NCBI GenBank assembly: GCA_964398895.1 | Contig: CAYNPF010000002.1 | Coordinates: 1-39,458 of the forward strand | DNA length: 39,458 nt | Source: an uncultured bacterium | GTDB lineage: Bacteria > Eisenbacteria > RBG-16-71-46 | Direction: 5' to 3' | Shown here: piece by piece, positions 30,652 through 38,888 of the stretch | How positions within the stretch are numbered: the stretch's first letter is position 1 | Layout of the letters: every line of letters begins with the position of its first letter | The notes under the pieces: model-generated | What the model was told of the DNA's origin: nothing | What the model saw: the letters and a program-made list of their open reading frames with translations, nothing else | Databases searched by the model: none | Made by a program: the position numbers and the translations under genes

Positions 30652-32237
30652 CCCTCCTCCTTCCCCGGCTCCGCCGGTCCCGGCCCCGCGGGACGGCGGG
30701 GAGCTTCGGTTGCCTCGGCGCGGGGGAGCACGAGCGTGAACGTGCTGCCCTCGCCGGGGCTGCTCACGAGCTCCACGCGCCCGCCGTGCGCGCGCACGAT
30801 CTGCTGCACCAGTGACAGACCCAGGCCCGCGCCCTTGACGTCGTGGACGAGGCCGGTTTCCACCCGGACGAACTTCTCGAACACGTACTTCTGGTCCGCA
30901 GGGGCGATGCCGATCCCGCGGTCGGCCACCGCGACCGCCACCGCACCGTCGCGGGCCGCGGCCGACACCCGCACCTCGCGCTGCTCGCGCGAGTACTTGA
31001 GCGCGTTGTCCAGCAGGTTGAGCAGGCAGTGCTGCAGCATGGTGACGTCACCGCGCACCGTCGGCAAGCCCTCCGGCAGATCGGTCTCGACCCGGAAGCC
31101 CTGCTGCTCGAGCCGCGGCCGGAAGTCCTCGACGGTCTCCGCCGCCAGCCGCGCCAGGTCCACCGGCTCCAGCCGCAGCCGGGCCTGCCCGGCCTCGATC
31201 CGGGCGAAATCGAGGATGTTGTCCACCAACCGCTGCAGCCGCTTGGTGTCGCGCACGATGCTGGCCACGAACGAGCGGCCCTCCTCGGGGGTGCGGTAGC
31301 GCTGCAGCTCGAGCGTCTCCGCCGCCAGCCGGATGAGGGCGATCGGGGTCTTCAGCTCGTGGGTGACGTTCGAGACGAAGCTCGACTTGAGGTGGGCGAG
31401 CTCGAGCTGCCGGGTGGCGTAGCGCAGCCCGAACAGGGTGGCGACCAGGATCACCATCGCCACCAGGCCGATGAAGGTGATCATCAGTCCGATGAAGCGC
31501 GTCGCCCACACCACCGGCGCGTCCTGTGCCGGCGAGACGCTCACCCGGAAGCCCTCGAGCGGACCGCCCAGCTCCTCGGTGCGGCTGGGCGCGCCCGCGC
31601 CCGGCTGCCGCACCCGCCGCAGTTCCTCGTCGTAGGGCCCGAGCAGCGCCACGCTCAGCCGCCGCGCCGCCACCATGCCGCCGTAGAGCCGCGGGTTCTC
31701 GGGCAGGCGCGTGAGCACCACCGGCTCGAGGCGGCTGACCAGGAAGCGCCGCGGATCGAACCACCAGCCGCCGGCGCCCAGCACCTCGCCGGTGGGCCCG
31801 CGCAGCAGCAGGCCGGCGAAGGTGTAGCCGCGCCGCGGGCCGGTCCCCCGCGCGTAGAGCAGCGGCGTGGACTCGACGATGATGCCGGTGGTGCCGGGCA
31901 GCTCACCCTCGCGCATGAAGTGCGGGGCCCCCAGCCCGACCGCGGCGTAGCGCAGCGCCGCCATCACCGCCGCCGAGTCGCCGCCGGCCCGGGCCACGTT
32001 CTCGGCCGGCACGATGCGGCGGCGCAGATCGTCGAGCAGCTCGCGCTCGAAGGCCTCGCCGACCTGGGCGGCGATGTAGCTGTCGTAGCGCCGGCTCTCC
32101 TCCTCGACCGCGTGCGTGATGCGCAGGGTCAGGTAGATACCGAGGCCGGCCAGCAGCAGGGCGGGCAGCGCCACCCCCAGCCCGACCAGGGCCAGCACGC
32201 GACGGCTCATGCGAACGCTCGTGGAGGGAGTGGCCAT
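30648..32237 (-). CDS. Sensor histidine kinase (two TM helices, periplasmic sensor domain, HisKA + HATPase_c)
   Basis: The H-box is FVSNVTHELKTPIALIRL. The N-box is LLNLLDNALKYS. The G-boxes are DRGIGIAPADQ and GAGLGLSLV. An alternative start is ATG 32210 (MSRRVLALVGLG...). Confidence 0.85.
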   Translation of the reverse strand: MATPSTSVRMSRRVLALVGLGVALPALLLAGLGIYLTLRITHAVEEESRRYDSYIAAQVGEAFERELLDDLRRRIVPAENVARAGGDSAAVMAALRYAAVGLGAPHFMREGELPGTTGIIVESTPLLYARGTGPRRGYTFAGLLLRGPTGEVLGAGGWWFDPRRFLVSRLEPVVLTRLPENPRLYGGMVAARRLSVALLGPYDEELRRVRQPGAGAPSRTEELGGPLEGFRVSVSPAQDAPVVWATRFIGLMITFIGLVAMVILVATLFGLRYATRQLELAHLKSSFVSNVTHELKTPIALIRLAAETLELQRYRTPEEGRSFVASIVRDTKRLQRLVDNILDFARIEAGQARLRLEPVDLARLAAETVEDFRPRLEQQGFRVETDLPEGLPTVRGDVTMLQHCLLNLLDNALKYSREQREVRVSAAARDGAVAVAVADRGIGIAPADQKYVFEKFVRVETGLVHDVKGAGLGLSLVQQIVRAHGGRVELVSSPGEGSTFTLVLPRAEATEAPRRPAGPGPAEPGKEEG

Positions 32238-32335
32238 GCCGCGTCAGCGTAGCCCGCGGGCCTTCCCGCGGCAATGGCGCCGCCGGATCGCCGGCCTCGA
32301 GCGGGACATCCGGCTCCGGGGTGGAGCGCGGCGCC

Positions 32336-32890
32336 TCAGCGCGCGGTCCGCGACGCCGGCGCGACCCCGGCCTCGGCGCGGAGCATCGAGATCACGGCCG
32401 GATCGGGCGACGTCATGAGCAGCATGGCGCCCTTCTCGACCGGGATCACCTCCCGCATCAGCCGCCCGCTGGCCGCCGCCCCGCGCAACAGGCGGCAGGC
32501 CGGGCAGAGCCGCACGGCCTCGCCGGTCATGGTCAGGGCGACCATGTGCTCCTGGTAGCGGGTCAGGGCGCTGCGGATGACCCGCATCCCCTCGGGGTTG
32601 GAGGAGGTGTAGACGGCCATGACACCGTTGCGCAACGGCACCGCCTGCACGCCGGCGCCCGCGCGCTCCAGCTCCATGGCGCAGACCTCCCAGGCGCTGC
32701 AGGCCTCGCAGGACTCCACCACCGACTCCTCGCCGGCGCCGTTCGTCGGCAGTCCGAGGCCGCCGAGGCGCACCAGCCGCGCCTTGCCAGTGCGATGCGG
32801 ACAGCAGGGCGTCACCCCACCCTGCGCCGGGATCGCGCCACAGAACACCGCCAGGACCAACGAGGACAAGAGCAGTCGTCGCAAGAGCAT
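32336..32890 (-). CDS. Secreted Cys-rich hypothetical protein with two internally repeated CxxC modules
   Basis: The start at ATG 32890 gives the signal peptide MLLRRLLLSSLVLAVFCGAIPAQG. The codon third-position GC bias fits this frame. I recognise no family. The track start at 33001 adds Arg/His-rich junk. Confidence 0.5.
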   Translation of the reverse strand: MLLRRLLLSSLVLAVFCGAIPAQGGVTPCCPHRTGKARLVRLGGLGLPTNGAGEESVVESCEACSAWEVCAMELERAGAGVQAVPLRNGVMAVYTSSNPEGMRVIRSALTRYQEHMVALTMTGEAVRLCPACRLLRGAAASGRLMREVIPVEKGAMLLMTSPDPAVISMLRAEAGVAPASRTAR

Positions 32891-33033
32891 GAGGTCTCGA
32901 CTCCCGTGGTGTCGCTCCGCCGCGACGGGCCGCGGCCGCCGGTCGTGCTGCCTGGAGACAGCGTGGCACCGCCCGGCCGGTCGCGTGTCACACCCGTGCA
33001 AATCCGCGAGGACCCACCGGCCGCGACCGACCG

Positions 33034-33062
33034 TTGACGAACCGGGCCGGGCCTCCTAAGTT
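33034..33062 (+). promoter_or_regulatory. Putative sigma-70-type promoter of the YibQ-like/debranching-enzyme gene pair
   Basis: TTGACG (33034-33039) is followed by a 17-nt spacer and TAAGTT (33057-33062), about 22 nt upstream of ATG 33085. Confidence 0.5.
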
Positions 33063-33084
33063 GGCCCGCGACTCCCGAATCGCC

Positions 33085-34251
33085 ATGACCCGACGATCCC
33101 GCCGCTCCTCCGCCCTGCCGCGTGCGCTCCTGGCGCTCGTGGCCATCGCCGCCCTGCTCTTCCTGGGCGGCGAGGCCTGGGTGCTGGCGCGCTCCGGGCG
33201 CGGCCAGATGACGCAGGCCCGCTGGGGCCTGCGCGATCGGACCCGGGTGGTCCCGCTGCTCGCGCGCGAGATCCGCGCCGGACTGGACGCCGTGGGCGTG
33301 CCGGGCGACAGCATCGCCGAGGCCGAGCTTCCCCGTGACGGCTCGCCGCAGCGCTGGCGGGTGGGATTGCCGCCGGGCGTCTCGCTGCTGCAGACGAACT
33401 ACGCGGTGAGCCGCCGCATCGAGGCTCTGGGCGGTGTCGTGCTCGGCGGCCGCGAGGATCACGGGGCCACCGGCCTGCTGCTGCTCCTCGGCCTGCCGCG
33501 GCACCCGCTGGTCGAGCTGCGTGTCACCGCGCGGCCGACGTCGCGCGACGAGACGGACCGGGCGGCCCCGCGGCTGGCGATCGTGCTCTACGGTTTCGGC
33601 GACGACGTCGAGGCGGCGCGCCGGACCTTCGCCCTGTCGCCGCCCTTCGCCGTGGCGATCGTGCCGGGCGCCCGGTCGAGCGGGGAGCTGTTCCGCGCCG
33701 CGCACGAGCGCGACCGCGAGATCGTGCTGCACATCCCGCTCGAGCCGGTCAACTACCCGCAGCTCGATCCCGGCCCGGGCACGCTGCTGGTCACCACCAA
33801 GCCTGATCACGCCACCGGCACGGTGCGGCGCTGGCTCGACCAGTCCGGCGCCGTGGTCGGGGTGGCGAACCACATGGGCTCCTTCGCCACCCAGGACATG
33901 ACGCTGATGCGCGCGATCTTCCGTGAGCTGCGGCGACGGGGGCTGCCCTTCATCCACGTCCAGCCCGCCGCGGGCGCGGTGTGCCGCCCGGTGGCGGCGG
34001 AGATGGGCGTGGTCTACGAGGAACCCGACGCCGTGCTCGACCTCGAGACGCGCGCCGCCGGCGATCGGGCGCTGGACGAACGCTGGAGCGAGATCCTCGC
34101 GCGGACCCGCGCGCGCGGGCGGCTGACCGTCTGGGTGCGGGCCACGCCGCTGGCGCGCGAGTGGCTCCAGCGGGCCACCGCGCCGAAGCGCCTCGGCGAC
34201 GTGAACCTCGCGCCGCTGTCGGCGGTGATGCGGCGCCCGGCGGTGCTCTAG
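33085..34251 (+). CDS. Divergent polysaccharide deacetylase family protein (YibQ-like) with an N-terminal membrane anchor
   Basis: The anchor is ALPRALLALVAIAALLFLGG. The YibQ-like core is LAIVLYGFGDD...FAVAIVPGARSSGELFRAAHERDREIVLHIPLEPVNYPQLDPGPGTLLV...NHMGSFATQDMTLMRAIFRELRRRGLPFI. Confidence 0.75.
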   Translation: MTRRSRRSSALPRALLALVAIAALLFLGGEAWVLARSGRGQMTQARWGLRDRTRVVPLLAREIRAGLDAVGVPGDSIAEAELPRDGSPQRWRVGLPPGVSLLQTNYAVSRRIEALGGVVLGGREDHGATGLLLLLGLPRHPLVELRVTARPTSRDETDRAAPRLAIVLYGFGDDVEAARRTFALSPPFAVAIVPGARSSGELFRAAHERDREIVLHIPLEPVNYPQLDPGPGTLLVTTKPDHATGTVRRWLDQSGAVVGVANHMGSFATQDMTLMRAIFRELRRRGLPFIHVQPAAGAVCRPVAAEMGVVYEEPDAVLDLETRAAGDRALDERWSEILARTRARGRLTVWVRATPLAREWLQRATAPKRLGDVNLAPLSAVMRRPAVL

Positions 34252-34253
34252 CC

Positions 34254-36191
34254 ATGTCCGCCGCCGCGTGGTGGATCGGCAACGGCCTCGGCGGCTCGGC
34301 CGCGGGCCCGCTCGCCGGTCCGCCCGCGCATCCGCGCCAGGCCCTGCTCGTCGCCGGCGCGGGCGCGCGGCCCCGCGTGCTGCTGCTCGGGCTCGAGGAG
34401 CGCGTCGCCGGCACGGGGCCGCCGCGCTGGCTGATCGCCGGCGCCGATCCAACGGCGGACGACGGCCGCGCCCGGCTCGAGGCGTTCGAGGCCGAGCCGT
34501 GGCCGACCTGGCGCTGGCGCGCCGGCGACACCGTGCTCGAGCGCCTCGTCTTCGTACCCACCGGCCACGACGCCGTCGCCGTCGCCTACCGGCACCTCGC
34601 CGGGCCCCCGGTGCACGTGGCGGTCAGTCCGCTCTGCGCGAGTCGCGACCTCGACGCGGAGCCGCTCCCCGCCGCCCCACCGTTGGCGGCGCTGCGGGGC
34701 ATCCCGGGCCGGGTGCGGATCGAGATGGCCGGCGACGGCCCCCCGCTGATGCTGTGGCACGACGGCGCCTTCCTGCCGGCGCGCGCCTGGCGCACGGTGC
34801 TCTACGCCGACGGGTCACGGCGCGAGGGCGCGCTCGTGCCCGGGCACGTCGAGGGACTGCTGGCCCCGGGCCGCGGCTTCCACCTGGTCTTCGCCACCGA
34901 GGAGCGGCTCTTCCCGACGCTCGCCGACGAGGGCCGCCTGGGCGATCCGGTCGCCCGCACGCTGGCCGGCTGCATCGCGGCCCTCGAGCGCGGCGAGCGC
35001 GAGCGGCGCGAGCGCTGGCAGGCCGCCGCGGTGCGCGGCGCGGACTTCACCGCCCGCCAGGCGGCGACGGCGCACCACGCGGCGGACGCCGGGGCGGCGG
35101 ACGCGGCGCAGCCGCGGCTCGACGAGCGCGACCCGGTGCTGCGCGAGCTGGCGCTGGCGGTGCGCGCCGGGCTGGTGCGGCGCGGGTCACGACGCACGAT
35201 CCTCGGCGAGTCCGGCGGCATCGAGCGGGGCGCCGCCGCGCTGCGCGCGGTCCCCGCCCTGGTGAGCCTGCGCGCCTTCGGCCTGGCGCGCGAAGTGCTG
35301 GCCGGCTACGTCGAGTACCTCGACGAGGGGCTGGCGCCCACGGCCTTCGACGCCGACGACGGCGGCCCGCGCTACGGCGACCCGGCGCCGGCTTTGTGGC
35401 TGGTCGCCGCCGCCGACCTCCACGCGCGCCGCAGCGCCGACGGCGAGTTCCTCGCCGGGACCCTGTACCCGGCGCTCGACGGCATCATGCAGGCACTCCG
35501 CCAGGGCACCCGCCACGGCGTGGGCGTGGATCGAGACGGCCTGCTCGCGGTCGGAGCGGTGCGACGCGCCGATCTCAACGCGCTCTGGTACCACGCGCTG
35601 GTGGCCATGGCCCAGTTGTCGCGCGTGCTGTCGCACCGGGAGACCGCGGCCTTCTACCTGGCCTGGGCCCACGAGCACCAGCAGCGCTTCGACGTCTTCT
35701 GGGACGAGGCCCGCGGCCGCCTGCACGAGACGCTCGGCCCCGACGGGCCCGCCGGCGAGCCCTCCCCGAGCCAGGCGCTGGCCGTCGGCCTGCCGCCGTC
35801 CCTGCTCGAGCCGGCGCGCGCGGAACGGCTGGTGGCCACGCTCGAGCACGAGCTGGTGACACCGTGGGGAATGCGCGAGTCGCCGGGTTCCGACGTGGTC
35901 TCGACCGCCGCGCTCGGCCTCTTCGTGCCCGCCTATCTGCGCGGGCGCGGGCGCGACGCCGCGGCGCAGGAGCGCGTGCGCGCCTGGATCGAACGGGCGC
36001 TGGGTGCCGGCCCGGTGGCGGGGCGGGTGCCGGACCGCCTGCGCGTGAGCGCGGACGGCACCGGGGCCGCACCGCTCGACGACGGCTCGACGCTGGCCGC
36101 CGCCGAGCTGCTGCGCCTCTGGGTCGAGGAGCTGGAGCACGCCCCGCTCCCCGGGCCAGCGCTCAGCGCTTCGCCGAGTCCCCGGGCGTAG
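34254..36191 (+). CDS. Glycogen-debranching-enzyme family protein (GDE N-terminal domain + amylo-alpha-1,6-glucosidase-like alpha/alpha barrel), divergent
   Basis: The N-terminus WWIGNGLGGSAAG...RQALLVAG...RVLLLGLEERV and LEAFEAEPWPTWRWRAGDTVLERLVFVPTGHDAVAVAYRHL fit the bacterial/archaeal GDE N-domain pattern. The helical C-terminal half contains WYHALVAMAQL and TPWGMRE. ATG 34254 lies 2 nt after the upstream stop. Confidence 0.65.
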   Translation: MSAAAWWIGNGLGGSAAGPLAGPPAHPRQALLVAGAGARPRVLLLGLEERVAGTGPPRWLIAGADPTADDGRARLEAFEAEPWPTWRWRAGDTVLERLVFVPTGHDAVAVAYRHLAGPPVHVAVSPLCASRDLDAEPLPAAPPLAALRGIPGRVRIEMAGDGPPLMLWHDGAFLPARAWRTVLYADGSRREGALVPGHVEGLLAPGRGFHLVFATEERLFPTLADEGRLGDPVARTLAGCIAALERGERERRERWQAAAVRGADFTARQAATAHHAADAGAADAAQPRLDERDPVLRELALAVRAGLVRRGSRRTILGESGGIERGAAALRAVPALVSLRAFGLAREVLAGYVEYLDEGLAPTAFDADDGGPRYGDPAPALWLVAAADLHARRSADGEFLAGTLYPALDGIMQALRQGTRHGVGVDRDGLLAVGAVRRADLNALWYHALVAMAQLSRVLSHRETAAFYLAWAHEHQQRFDVFWDEARGRLHETLGPDGPAGEPSPSQALAVGLPPSLLEPARAERLVATLEHELVTPWGMRESPGSDVVSTAALGLFVPAYLRGRGRDAAAQERVRAWIERALGAGPVAGRVPDRLRVSADGTGAAPLDDGSTLAAAELLRLWVEELEHAPLPGPALSASPSPRA

Positions 36192-38715
36192 CGCCGCGAC
36201 CGCCGAGCAGGTCCCGCAGCAGGTCGCGGCCCTGCTTCTCCAGCGCGCGCACCGCCGGCTTCGCCGCCGGTGTGGCCGTCGCCCGCCCGGCCGCGGTGTC
36301 GCCGAGGGCGGAGCGTCCCGCCTCGAGCAGCGTGCGGCCCACCCGCTCGCGCTGCTCCCGCAGCGCCTCGGTGGCGCGACCGGCCACGCGGTCGCGCATG
36401 CTCTTCGTGTCGAGCGCCACCCGCGGCGCCCTCGCCGTGCCGGTCACCTTGAGGTCCACGAGCAGGCGACCCTGGCTGTCGCTCAGCAGGCCGGCGGCCA
36501 GCGCGTCCCGCCAGCCCGCGCCACCCGCCGCCGCGACCGCGGGCGGCAGGGTCGCGCTCACCGCGTAGTCGAGTGAGCCGTCGAAGCCGACCATGCCCGA
36601 GAGTCGCCATTCGCCCTCGCCGCCGAAGGAGACCGAATCGGTGACGATCCGCCCGCGCTCGATGCGGAAGGGCAGGCGCACGTCACGCAGCGCCACCTCG
36701 CTCAGCGACGGCGTGCGCGTGGCCCGCGCGATGGCCTCCATCACCGGACCGGAGAGCCGGCCCTCGGCCAGCGCGGCCAGACCGACGGCGCCCAGCGAGG
36801 CGCGGAGTTGTTCGGGGCGCACGCCGTCGCCCGACAGGTCGAAGTCCGCCCCGGTCACGCCGCTCAGCACGCCACCCGCCGGGCTCCAGGCGCCGAGGAC
36901 CTGTTCCACCCGCACCGTGTCGGCCCGGCCCTTCACCGCGAAGCTCGGGCTGGCCGGGTCCTGGAAGCCGAAGCTGGCCTGGCCGGAGACGGTGCCGCCG
37001 TAGGCGCGCAGGCTGAACGAAGGCACGGCGATGACCGCCGGCGAGAGCGCCACGTTCGCGACGACGTCGGCGACGTCGAGCTTCTGGTTGCGGAAGCGGG
37101 CGATCTCGACCCGCCCGCCGCCCCGCGCGTTGAAGGCCAGCGGGCTGCCCGGTCCGGGCGGCAGCAGCTCGGCGAGGTCCAGCCACGGCGAGCGGAAGGT
37201 GAAGGTCACGCCCGCGGGCGCGACGCTGCCGGGCGCACGCAGCAGCGCGAGCGGCCGGGTCAACGCCGCGTCCAGCACGAAGGACGAGCGGCCGGCGCGC
37301 GCGGTGAGGCCGCGCACGGTGACCTGCTCGGGCGCGAGCTGCGCCGAGGCCGAGATGGCCTCGACCCGTCGCGGCAGCACCGGTCCCTCGAGGCTGCCGT
37401 TGGCGAGCGCGGCGCTGCCCTCCAGCACGAACGAACCGGGATCGCGCAGCCGGCCGCTGCCCCGCACGTTCAGCTCGGCGCGCCCCGCCACCTTCGTGTC
37501 CTTCGGCGCCAGCACCTGCGACAGCGCCCCGAAGTCGAGGCCACCTTTGACGGCGAAGCGCGCCCACGGATCGGCGAAGCCGCAGACCACGAGCTGGGCG
37601 TGCACCGGCTCGCCGCCGACCCGCGCGCTCAGCTCCTCGATCGAGATCGTGTCGGGGGCGAGCCGCGCCCGCAGGGCGAGCCCGTCCACGCCGAGGGCGG
37701 CCCCCGGGTAACGGAACGCGCCGTCGCGCACGGCGAGCGTGCCCGCCACCAGCGGCCGCGTCGGCGTGCCGGTCACGTGCAGCGCGAAGCCGAGCGTGCC
37801 GTCGCCGCGGATGCCGCGCAGCGCGCGCGCGTCCACCACCGCCGCCGCCGCCAGCAGGTCGCCGAGGTCCACCCGCTCCCCCGCCGCGCGCAGGTCCATC
37901 ACCGCCCGCGGACCCACGTCGCGCACCGTGCCCGCCAGCGACAGTCGCGTGGCGCCGAAGTCGAGCGTCAGCGGCTGCAGCGCCAGCGTCCGGCTCGCGG
38001 TCTCGTAGCGGCCGTCGTGCCCGATCGTCCAGGTCAGCGCCGCCAGCGCCTGGTCGAGGTCGGCCGGGCGGCGCGCCGTCATCGGCCCGAACGCGACGCG
38101 GCTCACGCGGGTGCGACCCCGGGTCGCGAACCGCGTGCCGCCGGTCGCGCTCAGCGAGAGCCGCGTCTCCAGACCCGCGAAGATGCGGCGCTGCGCGGTG
38201 AGGTCGTCCACCAGCACCTGCCCGCCGCGGATGGCAAAGGCGCGCACGGCGAGGTCCATCGGACCCGCCGGCCGCCCCGGGCCGCCCCCGGAACCGGCGA
38301 CGAACAGGCTGTCGAGGTTCGTGCTCCCATCGGCGCGCAGCACGAGGTGCAGCGACGGCCGCTCGAGCACGAGCCGGCGCACGACGAGCCGTCGCGAGAG
38401 CAGCGGCAGCGGATCGAGGTCGAGGTCGAGCGAGCCGACGGCGAGCGCGGTGCCGCGGGCGAAGCCGCCCGGCTCGGCCAGGGCGAAGCCACGCACGCCG
38501 AGCCGCACCGGGGGCCACAGGCCCACCGCGACGTCCTCGAGACGCGTCTCGCGTCGCAGCGAGGCGGCGAGCTGCGCGCGCACCATCGCCACCACGCGGT
38601 CGTGGGGCAGCAGCACGGCGAGCGAGGCCCACGCCAGGACGACGAGCAGCACCAGTGCAGCCAGCAGCACCGCGACGACGCGGACGACGAGGCGCAACGG
38701 ACGACGCTTCGACAT
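36163..38715 (-). CDS. AsmA-family protein (N-terminal membrane anchor + long beta-rich periplasm-spanning domain)
   Basis: The N-terminus is MSKRRPLRLVVRVVAVLLAALVLLVVLAWASLAVLL, followed by repetitive beta-rich sequence typical of AsmA/TamB-like proteins. A GGAGG SD lies 6 nt upstream. The 3' end overlaps the convergent gene by 29 nt. Confidence 0.75.
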   Translation of the reverse strand: MSKRRPLRLVVRVVAVLLAALVLLVVLAWASLAVLLPHDRVVAMVRAQLAASLRRETRLEDVAVGLWPPVRLGVRGFALAEPGGFARGTALAVGSLDLDLDPLPLLSRRLVVRRLVLERPSLHLVLRADGSTNLDSLFVAGSGGGPGRPAGPMDLAVRAFAIRGGQVLVDDLTAQRRIFAGLETRLSLSATGGTRFATRGRTRVSRVAFGPMTARRPADLDQALAALTWTIGHDGRYETASRTLALQPLTLDFGATRLSLAGTVRDVGPRAVMDLRAAGERVDLGDLLAAAAVVDARALRGIRGDGTLGFALHVTGTPTRPLVAGTLAVRDGAFRYPGAALGVDGLALRARLAPDTISIEELSARVGGEPVHAQLVVCGFADPWARFAVKGGLDFGALSQVLAPKDTKVAGRAELNVRGSGRLRDPGSFVLEGSAALANGSLEGPVLPRRVEAISASAQLAPEQVTVRGLTARAGRSSFVLDAALTRPLALLRAPGSVAPAGVTFTFRSPWLDLAELLPPGPGSPLAFNARGGGRVEIARFRNQKLDVADVVANVALSPAVIAVPSFSLRAYGGTVSGQASFGFQDPASPSFAVKGRADTVRVEQVLGAWSPAGGVLSGVTGADFDLSGDGVRPEQLRASLGAVGLAALAEGRLSGPVMEAIARATRTPSLSEVALRDVRLPFRIERGRIVTDSVSFGGEGEWRLSGMVGFDGSLDYAVSATLPPAVAAAGGAGWRDALAAGLLSDSQGRLLVDLKVTGTARAPRVALDTKSMRDRVAGRATEALREQRERVGRTLLEAGRSALGDTAAGRATATPAAKPAVRALEKQGRDLLRDLLGGRGATPGDSAKR

Positions 38716-38798
38716 GGCCGGCCTCCGAAGGGGAGCGTGACGCCCCGGGCACCGGGCGCGGAGAACGGGCGCCGGCGGTGGCGGATCGCGCCGCCGCG

Positions 38799-38808
38799 AC
38801 TATACAAT
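38799..38808. promoter_or_regulatory. Overlapping face-to-face -10 hexamers in a divergent intergenic region
   Basis: In ACTATACAAT, the plus strand reads TACAAT (38803-38808) towards the right-edge ORF. The minus strand reads TATAGT (38804-38799) towards asmA. The same TATAGT hexamer serves the ECF sigma and APC transporter genes. Confidence 0.35.
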
Positions 38809-38888
38809 GGCGCCGCGCCGACCGGGAGGCCCGACGCCGAAGCGGCGCCGTCCCGGGATCGCGCCGCCCGTCCGGGCAGGAGGTCCGA

